IMG/VR virus record: IMGVR_UViG_3300024348_000005
Coordinates: 83,744-147,743 of that record
Length of the DNA: 64,000 nt
Source of the DNA: a virus
Reading direction: 5' to 3' (one strand)
In this document: positions 56,967 through 64,000 of the stretch, piece after piece
Numbering within the stretch: the stretch's first letter is position 1
Layout of the letters: the number at the start of each line of letters is the position of its first letter
Notes under the pieces: generated by a model
The model's database searches: none
What the model was told of the DNA's origin: nothing
Seen by the model: the letters and a program-made list of their open reading frames with translations, nothing else
Program-made: the position numbers and the translations under genes

Positions 56967-59693
56967 ATGAAAATCTTAGCACACGCCCCCTTTATTGGTA
57001 CTACAGGTTACGCCAATCATGCACGTTCATTCTTTTGTGCACTCAATAAGTACCATACTGTAAAAGTTAGAAACCTTACCATTGGAAACAGTTGGAAGGG
57101 TATGAATAACCGACCTCACGATGGAGAACCATATTTCACCAAAGAAATTGGGGATATGTTGATTTTACAGACATTAAATAAGGCGGATGGTAACGGGAGA
57201 GTAGATGAACCAATGTACGATTACAAAGGTGACTTTGTACCGGATGTACATATTGTACTCATGGAAACTAATAACCACTACTTCTTTGATGACTATGTGG
57301 GTTATAAGATTGCATATAACGTATGGGAATCAACACGTTATCCCGACGAGTTCTTTAATCAATTATTAAAGTTCGATGAGATGTGGGTACCAACTCAATG
57401 GCAATTTGATTGTTTAGTTGAACAAGGTTACCCAAAAGAAAAGATATTCATTGTACCCGAAGGAGTTGATGTTGACATATTCAAACCAATTAAAAAATAT
57501 CCCGAAAGAGATAAAATACAATTCGTACATTTTGGTAGATGGGATTATAGAAAAGGAACGACAGAAGTACTTCAAGCATTTGCTGAAGAGTTTAAAGACG
57601 TGGATGACGTTGAATTAATTGCATCGGTTGAGAACCCATACCCATACGACGGATTGAAATCAACTGAAGAGAGGATTACACATCATAATATTGATACAAA
57701 AAATATCAAGTTTGTTAAGTTTCCACCAAGGAAAGATTATGTTAAATACCTACAAGAGGCACATGTGTTTGTATCGTGTGCTCGTAGTGAGGGATGGAAT
57801 TTACCATTAATTGAAGCGATGGCATGTGGTACACCATCCATCTATTCCAATTGGGGTGGTCAGTTACAATTTGCTCAAGGTAAGGGCATTCCTGTTGAGA
57901 TTAAATCATTGAGACCAGCAAATATTGAACACAAGGAATTTCCTGGTGAGTATTGTGAACCAGATTGGGAAGATCTTAAATTTAAGATGAGACAAGCGTA
58001 TGATTACAATACCGCAATGTGGGTTACAGCGAGGGGTGACGCTAAAAATATTCATGAAAAATTTAATTGGGACACGGTAGCGAAGGGTGCCTGTGAAATT
58101 TTAGAAAGAAATAAAAAACCATTTGCGTTTGTAACAACTGGTAATTTAAGTTACATGCCGGTGATTGAAAAATTAGTTCAATCCTTATTAGAATTCTCAG
58201 AACAAAAGATTTTAGTTTATGGTATCGATTGTGAGGTTCCATTTGACTATCCAAATATTATTAAAAGAACAATTACTGTTCCTAAAATTTCAGAACATGA
58301 TAAATGGTATTGGAAACAATGGTCTTGTATTGAAGCGTTAAAAGAAGACTTTGAAAATTTTGTTTGGGTTGATGGTGATGTTGTTGTTAATCACAATATT
58401 GATAACATTAGACAATACTTTAATCAAATTGAAAACTATCCAATTGCCGATATCCACGTACAAGAAGAATTTTTTGGTATGTACGATAATGGAAACAAGT
58501 CGCAATTATTTAATGAACAATTGGCAAATGAATGGGGTGTAGGTAAAAGAAACCCATACATGCATATTTGTCTTTATGTTTACAATAAAAATTGTGGTGA
58601 ATGGTTCGATGAATTACTTACTCACTATGTTTCATTAATGTCAACTAAACCCGAAGAATATAAACGATTATATCTTTGGAATGATGAGGGTATTGATAAC
58701 GCTATGAGATGGAAACATGGACATACGAAACATTTACCATTATCTAATTTTGATACATCGTCTTATGATGGTGACGCGGGTTTCATTGATAAATCATTAC
58801 ATCAATTCTATAAATTTTGGAATGAGGAAGGACCTCAGAACTTTGATAGAATATTCGGTTATCAATTTATACCAAAAGATAAATCTAAAATCATTTATTT
58901 CCACGGTAATAAGAACGCTGAGATTTCAGATAAGATGATTGAGTTTATTAAAATGCAACGAGACAATTCATTTTATAAATCACATTGTTTCTATACCGAT
59001 GTTTATAAAGTAGAAAACTTTTCACAATATTATCAATATGAAGGAAGTACACTTGATGTAGCTTCTAAATTTGGTTGGGCGGTCGCTATCTTTCATGAGA
59101 TTTTTAACTTATTGGATTATTATAAGAATAGGGAAAGAACCATCAATGAAGGAGACACCGTTGTTGACTTAGGTGGTAACATAGGAGTATTCAACAGATG
59201 GGCATATAGTCAGGGTGCGAGTAGGGTAATATCATTTGAACCTGATAAGAGGTACTTTAAATTATTGTCATTAAATGCTGACCCACGTTCAATAATATTC
59301 AACGCCGCCGCAAGTGACTCTATTGGTGAGTTGAGTTTATATGAAAGTGTACACTTGGGTGGATCAAATTTATTTGGTACACAGGAAGGTGCAAAGGAAT
59401 ACAAGGTAAGAACATATACATTAGACTACCTTTTTGAAACGAGATTAATTGATAAAATTGATTTCTTAAAGATAGACATTGAAGGTGCTGAACATCACGC
59501 ACTAAAAGGAATTAGTGACGAGAATCTTATGAAGGTTAAAACAATTTCAATGGAATACCATCATAGTCATTTTGATTATAATGAAGAGTTGAGACAAGAA
59601 ATGATTGATAGAATGATGAGATTAGGGTTTACCACATATATTTTATTTATGGGTTCAAATAATGCATTACAAATGATATATTTTACAAGATGA
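56967..59693 (+). CDS. Tri-domain GT4 glycosyltransferase / GT-A-like domain / FkbM methyltransferase
   Basis: TGYANHAR, GRWDYRKG, EGWNLPLIEAMACG; WVDGD, NDE; VVDLGGNIG, FEP, LKIDIEGAE. Confidence 0.85.
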   Translation: MKILAHAPFIGTTGYANHARSFFCALNKYHTVKVRNLTIGNSWKGMNNRPHDGEPYFTKEIGDMLILQTLNKADGNGRVDEPMYDYKGDFVPDVHIVLMETNNHYFFDDYVGYKIAYNVWESTRYPDEFFNQLLKFDEMWVPTQWQFDCLVEQGYPKEKIFIVPEGVDVDIFKPIKKYPERDKIQFVHFGRWDYRKGTTEVLQAFAEEFKDVDDVELIASVENPYPYDGLKSTEERITHHNIDTKNIKFVKFPPRKDYVKYLQEAHVFVSCARSEGWNLPLIEAMACGTPSIYSNWGGQLQFAQGKGIPVEIKSLRPANIEHKEFPGEYCEPDWEDLKFKMRQAYDYNTAMWVTARGDAKNIHEKFNWDTVAKGACEILERNKKPFAFVTTGNLSYMPVIEKLVQSLLEFSEQKILVYGIDCEVPFDYPNIIKRTITVPKISEHDKWYWKQWSCIEALKEDFENFVWVDGDVVVNHNIDNIRQYFNQIENYPIADIHVQEEFFGMYDNGNKSQLFNEQLANEWGVGKRNPYMHICLYVYNKNCGEWFDELLTHYVSLMSTKPEEYKRLYLWNDEGIDNAMRWKHGHTKHLPLSNFDTSSYDGDAGFIDKSLHQFYKFWNEEGPQNFDRIFGYQFIPKDKSKIIYFHGNKNAEISDKMIEFIKMQRDNSFYKSHCFYTDVYKVENFSQYYQYEGSTLDVASKFGWAVAIFHEIFNLLDYYKNRERTINEGDTVVDLGGNIGVFNRWAYSQGASRVISFEPDKRYFKLLSLNADPRSIIFNAAASDSIGELSLYESVHLGGSNLFGTQEGAKEYKVRTYTLDYLFETRLIDKIDFLKIDIEGAEHHALKGISDENLMKVKTISMEYHHSHFDYNEELRQEMIDRMMRLGFTTYILFMGSNNALQMIYFTR

Positions 59694-60349
59694 GTACATT
59701 AGACAAATTAGCAAAATCGTTCGGAACCGATAAATCTTCCGACAATCACAATTATTGTGTTAAGTATGAAAAATATTTACCATTTAATAGATATGATAAC
59801 TTAAATATTTTAGAGATTGGTATTTTAGATGGTAAGTCACTATTAACGTGGAAGGATTACTATTATCGTTCGAACATTTTAGGTATTGATATTAATCCCG
59901 ATTGTAAAAAATTTGAAGAGGAAAGAATTTCGGTTGAGATTGGTTCACAAGCGGATGGAAATTTTTTATCGAGAACATGGCAACAATATGGACCATTCGA
60001 CATGATTTTAGATGATGGGTCACATATGAGTAGTCATATGATTTATTCATTTGAACATTTATTTGGTTCGGTTAAATCGGGTGGTGTTTATGTTATTGAA
60101 GATATTGGTTGTTCGTATTGGGAGGATTATGGTGGTGGATACCTTAACCCCGGAAGTTCCATCGAGTACTTCAAAAGATTATCCGATGACATTAATTTTA
60201 GAGGATTAATGAATTTTGATTATTCTAATGTACATGCAAGAAGAGAAGATGTTTTGACTGATTTATCAAAACAAGTACAACCAGGATGTAGAACCGATAT
60301 TGAATCGATAAATTTCCTTAATGGAATTATTATAATAACTAAACGATAA
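59690..60349 (+). CDS. Class I SAM-dependent (sugar O-)methyltransferase
   Basis: GTDK...HNY, LEIG, GIDI, FDMILDDGSH, GGVYVIED. Confidence 0.85.
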   Translation: MSTLDKLAKSFGTDKSSDNHNYCVKYEKYLPFNRYDNLNILEIGILDGKSLLTWKDYYYRSNILGIDINPDCKKFEEERISVEIGSQADGNFLSRTWQQYGPFDMILDDGSHMSSHMIYSFEHLFGSVKSGGVYVIEDIGCSYWEDYGGGYLNPGSSIEYFKRLSDDINFRGLMNFDYSNVHARREDVLTDLSKQVQPGCRTDIESINFLNGIIIITKR

Positions 60350-62466
60350 TGGGATATAGTTTTGACGAAGATATCTTCGTAATTGATTGTTGGATTGATA
60401 CTAAAGAAAAAGAGCAAACACTTCTTAATTTAATTAATAGAGTAAAGATTTATAATGTACCAATATTATTATGTGGACACAGTCCCGTTAGTATTGAAGT
60501 ACAAAAACAAGTTGACTATTTCTTATATGATAAAAATAACAATATTTTATTAGAAAAGGATTTTGATGAGTATGGTGTTGTTAGTGATAGATGGTCTATC
60601 ATGAATGACTATAAAGTTTTTAATAAAGTAAACTTTCATCATGACTATGCAATTTGGGATACAATGAGAAATGCATTTCAATTTGTAAAGAAGTTAGGTA
60701 AAAAATACATACACTTTATTGAGTTCGATAATTTACCCGATGAAATACAATATCGTCAATCGTTTATGGAATATATTAGGGGAAACGACGTTGTGGTTCA
60801 AGAATATCTTCAAGGTTCAACAAAAGAACAGGACCCATATTGTGCCACGTACATATTCTCAATTAAAACGGATATTGCGAATCAAATGATTGATAGGATT
60901 AACACAAAAGAGGAGTATTTTAAAGATAGACCGGGTAAGTGGCAATTAGAAAAGGTATTTTATCAAACGTTAAAAGAGATTACCGGTAGTATTTTTGTTA
61001 GTAAGTATATTCCAAATGATGGTGAGTTAAACATATATGCGGCTTGGAACCGTAATGGTATTTTACGAAATGGTGCAAGATTTCAAACATATTTGGCGGT
61101 AGACCATCATAAAAAATTATATATACATTTTATTTCGGGATTTTCCGAGAATCCCGCGGACAAAGACTATATGGTAGAAGTAAATTACGGATCTCGTAGT
61201 TTCTTTCATACAATTAAAAAGGGTTCCTATCAAATAGAGGAATTGGGGGATTATATTGGGGAAGAGACAATAAAAGTGTTTTATCAGGGGATTGAAGTTT
61301 TCACAGAAACTCTTAATAAAGGTGTTGATGAATTTAGAAGATTAAATAAATTAGAATGGAAAGTTAAAGAATCAAACAGGAGAATTAATATAAATTTTGT
61401 TGATGGGCCTTTTATTGAGATATTAGATAATGTTGATTTATCTTATAAAATTGATTTTGTTAATAGAAAAAATAACAAAATAGAATATTCAACCACATTA
61501 AGGAGTAATCATTGGTCTAAGTGTTCGATAAAATATCACGTAGATTGGGAAATTAGGATTGTGGGTATAGATAATGACTATGTTGGAACTTATTTAATGG
61601 ACCTTAAAGAAAAAAGAGTCTTAATTAGTTATGAAACAAAATCTTTAGGGGACAATATTGCATTCATACCATATGTTGAAGAGTTTAGAAAACAAAAAAA
61701 TTGTCATGTTGTTTGTTCTACGTTTCATAATGACTTATTTAAAAAGGATTATCCTGAAATTGAATTTGTTGAACCGGGGACTAACGTTGATAACATTTAT
61801 GCGGTTTATAGATTAGGTATTTTTTATGAAAATAAACAAATAGATTATTCAAAACACCCAATTGACCCAATTAAGGAACCACTAATGAAGGTTGCAACAG
61901 ATATTTTAGGTATAAATTATAAAGAAACTAAGGTAAAACTCCCTAAATTATCTAAATCAAAAAAGAAAAGAGTGTGTATTGCAATTCACTCAACCTCACA
62001 AGCAAAATATTGGAACAATCCAACGGGATGGCAGGACGTTGTTGATTATATAAAGGGAAAGGGATATGAAGTAAGACTTCTTTCAAGAGAAGAAGATGGG
62101 TATATGGGTAATTCTAATCCAAAAGGTGTCACTAACCAACCAAATAGCACCACTAAGGAGGTATTAAAAACAATTCAAGAATCAAAACTATTTATTGGTA
62201 TAAGTAGTGGTTTAAGTTGGTTAGCTTGGGGTACAGATACACCTGTTGTTATTATATCAGGTTTTACCGATAAACACTTAGAACCAATTGAAGGAATTAC
62301 TCGAATAATAAATAAAGAAGTGTGTAATAGTTGTTGGCACAGTCACGAATTTGATCCAGGAGATTGGAATTGGTGTCCTATACATAAAAATACCGACAGA
62401 CAATTCGAATGTTCAAAAGAAATCACATCTGAGGATGTAATTAAACAAATTAAAAATTTTTTATAG
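60349..62466 (+). CDS. Aah/TibC-like protein O-heptosyltransferase domain with long N-terminal extension
   Basis: SLGDNIAFIPY, AKYWNNPTGW, FIGISSGLSWLAW, ISGF, CNSCW...WCP...FECSKEI. Confidence 0.75.
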   Translation: MGYSFDEDIFVIDCWIDTKEKEQTLLNLINRVKIYNVPILLCGHSPVSIEVQKQVDYFLYDKNNNILLEKDFDEYGVVSDRWSIMNDYKVFNKVNFHHDYAIWDTMRNAFQFVKKLGKKYIHFIEFDNLPDEIQYRQSFMEYIRGNDVVVQEYLQGSTKEQDPYCATYIFSIKTDIANQMIDRINTKEEYFKDRPGKWQLEKVFYQTLKEITGSIFVSKYIPNDGELNIYAAWNRNGILRNGARFQTYLAVDHHKKLYIHFISGFSENPADKDYMVEVNYGSRSFFHTIKKGSYQIEELGDYIGEETIKVFYQGIEVFTETLNKGVDEFRRLNKLEWKVKESNRRININFVDGPFIEILDNVDLSYKIDFVNRKNNKIEYSTTLRSNHWSKCSIKYHVDWEIRIVGIDNDYVGTYLMDLKEKRVLISYETKSLGDNIAFIPYVEEFRKQKNCHVVCSTFHNDLFKKDYPEIEFVEPGTNVDNIYAVYRLGIFYENKQIDYSKHPIDPIKEPLMKVATDILGINYKETKVKLPKLSKSKKKRVCIAIHSTSQAKYWNNPTGWQDVVDYIKGKGYEVRLLSREEDGYMGNSNPKGVTNQPNSTTKEVLKTIQESKLFIGISSGLSWLAWGTDTPVVIISGFTDKHLEPIEGITRIINKEVCNSCWHSHEFDPGDWNWCPIHKNTDRQFECSKEITSEDVIKQIKNFL

Positions 62467-62502
62467 TTTTAAAAATTTTTAATACTTAAACATAATTGTC
62501 GA

Positions 62503-62511
62503 GTATTTATA
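62503..62511 (+). promoter_or_regulatory. Putative late promoter RTATTTATA
   Basis: gtatttata about 20 nt before ATG 62532. Confidence 0.6.
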
Positions 62512-62531
62512 TGGTATAATATCATATTTAA

Positions 62532-64000
62532 ATGAAAATATTTGAACCAGTTATAACAGGGTCCCTTTCAGTATCAGGATCGGCAAATGTCTCAGGAGAC
62601 TTAACCGTACTTGGTACTATAAACGCATCGATTAGCGGTACAACAACGAACGCGACAAGTGCTTCACATGCGTTGTACGCGGATGACGCTAATAAATTGG
62701 ATGGTAAAGACTCATCCGAATTTGCAATAACGGGAAGTAACGTATTTAAAGCGAGTCAAACAATTACTGGCTCACTTTTCGTCACGACCGATATAATATT
62801 AAACGGACAATCGTACACAGGACAAACGTCAGGTACATCAGGTTCCTCAGGTTCGTCAGGTTCAAGTGGAACGGCCGGTAGTTCAGGTTCTAGTGGATCA
62901 TCAGGTTCTAGTGGGTCATCGGGCTCTTCAGGTTCTAACGGTAGTTCAGGAACAAGTGGAAGTTCTGGTTCATCAGGCTCATCAGGAACTTCAGGTTCTA
63001 ACGGTAGTTCAGGAACCGCAGGTACATCAGGATCATCTGGTTCAAGTGGATCATCTGGAAGTAGTGGTTCTTCAGGAACAAGTGGTTCATCAGGTTCTTC
63101 GGGTTCTTCAGGAACATCAGGTTCTTCAGGGTCAAGTGGTTCATCAGGTTCATCAGGAAGTTCAGGAACTGTTACTTTAAGTGGTACAACAGATAATGGT
63201 TTATTAACATTGAACGGTAGTTCACCTAACGTTAGTGTTGAACCTAACTTAACTTTTGATGGTACAACACTTACAGTTACGGGTGATATATTAGTAACGA
63301 ACAATCTATTAGTTCAAGGTACAAATACGAATTTACAAGTTACCAACTTATATGTTGAGGACAAATTAATCACATTGGCAAGTGGGTCATTAACAGCCGC
63401 AGCTGCTAATGGTGCGGGTATTGAGGTTGTTGGACCAGCAACAGGTGCCACATTCACATACGCAAATGCTGATGATAGTTGGAATTCAAATAAAAAATTA
63501 AATGTTCCGTCACTTACAATTAACGGAACATCATATTCCGCGGCGACTTCGGGTACATCAGGAAGTTCAGGTTCTAGCGGTTCATCAGGTTCTTCAGGTT
63601 CTTCAGGTTCAAGTGGATCATCAGGAACAAGTGGTTCTTCAGGAACTTCAGGTTCTAGTGGATCATCAGGTTCTTCAGGTTCTTCAGGTTCAAGTGGTTC
63701 ATCTGGAACAAGTGGTTCTTCAGGTTCTAACGGATCTTCTGGTACATCAGGTTCTAGTGGATCATCAGGTTCTTCAGGAACAAGTGGTTCATCAGGAAGT
63801 TCTGGAAGTTCAGGAACATCAGGTTCTAGTGGTTCTTCAGGTAGTTCAGGTTCAAGTGGGTCATCAGGTAGTTCAGGTTCAAGTGGATCATCAGGTACAA
63901 CAACAATTACAAACGCAAGTGATGACCGTGTAATGACAAGTGCGGGTGGAGTTACCCTAAATAGTGAAGCAAATTTAACATTTAACGGAACAACACTATA
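62532..64000 (+). CDS. G-S/T-S repeat fibre-like protein, 3'-truncated (not in ORF track)
   Basis: MKIFEPVITGSLSVSGS... runs to the window end; shares GTTDNG..TLNGSSPN with 3410 and TITNA.D.RVMTS.GGVTLN.EANLTF with 9294. Confidence 0.8.
   Translation, partial: MKIFEPVITGSLSVSGSANVSGDLTVLGTINASISGTTTNATSASHALYADDANKLDGKDSSEFAITGSNVFKASQTITGSLFVTTDIILNGQSYTGQTSGTSGSSGSSGSSGTAGSSGSSGSSGSSGSSGSSGSNGSSGTSGSSGSSGSSGTSGSNGSSGTAGTSGSSGSSGSSGSSGSSGTSGSSGSSGSSGTSGSSGSSGSSGSSGSSGTVTLSGTTDNGLLTLNGSSPNVSVEPNLTFDGTTLTVTGDILVTNNLLVQGTNTNLQVTNLYVEDKLITLASGSLTAAAANGAGIEVVGPATGATFTYANADDSWNSNKKLNVPSLTINGTSYSAATSGTSGSSGSSGSSGSSGSSGSSGSSGTSGSSGTSGSSGSSGSSGSSGSSGSSGTSGSSGSNGSSGTSGSSGSSGSSGTSGSSGSSGSSGTSGSSGSSGSSGSSGSSGSSGSSGSSGTTTITNASDDRVMTSAGGVTLNSEANLTFNGTTL

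Noticed and set aside
15270-60417. Numerous short (60-110 aa) ORFs overlapping the enzyme genes
   Set aside because: They are nested in or antisense to well-supported genes and have no recognisable motifs.
14764-62466. Bacterial capsule/O-antigen locus or eukaryotic giant-virus origin
   Set aside because: No flippase, polymerase or export genes are present and the island is flanked by phage-type fibre genes. Overlapping start/stop codons and -35/-10 promoters argue against a eukaryotic virus. This is not fully excluded without hallmark genes.
1-64000. Stop-codon recoding, as seen in some large phages
   Set aside because: The standard code gives dense, full-length, coupled ORFs, and TAA, TGA and TAG all act as stops.
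1-64000. tRNA, rRNA or other structured RNA genes
   Set aside because: Intergenic gaps are short and AT-rich, and no cloverleaf or rRNA-like sequence was seen.

Overview
This window looks like part of a large, AT-rich tailed bacteriophage genome in the standard genetic code, with tightly coupled genes and no obvious Shine-Dalgarno motifs. No capsid, terminase or replication genes are present, so the phage origin is inferred from fibre-like proteins and gene style. Both ends (1-14739 and 62532-64000) encode fibre-like proteins made of shuffled modules joined by long (Gly-Ser/Thr-Ser)n tracts. Between them is a ~48 kb island of tailoring enzymes: glycosyltransferases (including two GT7-LamG hybrids and an Aah/TibC-type protein O-heptosyltransferase), nucleotide-sugar enzymes, a split ThDP enzyme, 10 SGNH proteins, 8 2OG-Fe(II) oxygenase domains, 3 radical SAM enzymes, 3 sulfotransferase-like proteins, an APS kinase, a carbamoyltransferase and methyltransferases. 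Three signals stand out. (1) ORF 48583-50079 fuses a circularly permuted ATP-grasp-like domain, a Hint domain apparently able only to cleave at its C-terminus, and a 41-aa 8-Cys/7-Pro peptide, and it heads an operon of oxygenases, sulfotransferases and a radical SAM enzyme; this is a candidate phage RiPP-like system. (2) Seventeen proteins from unrelated families share a C-terminal tag of the form K-[ST]-L-I-COOH. (3) The island may hyper-glycosylate and sulfate the Ser-Gly fibres. All family calls come from motifs read by eye, without database searches.
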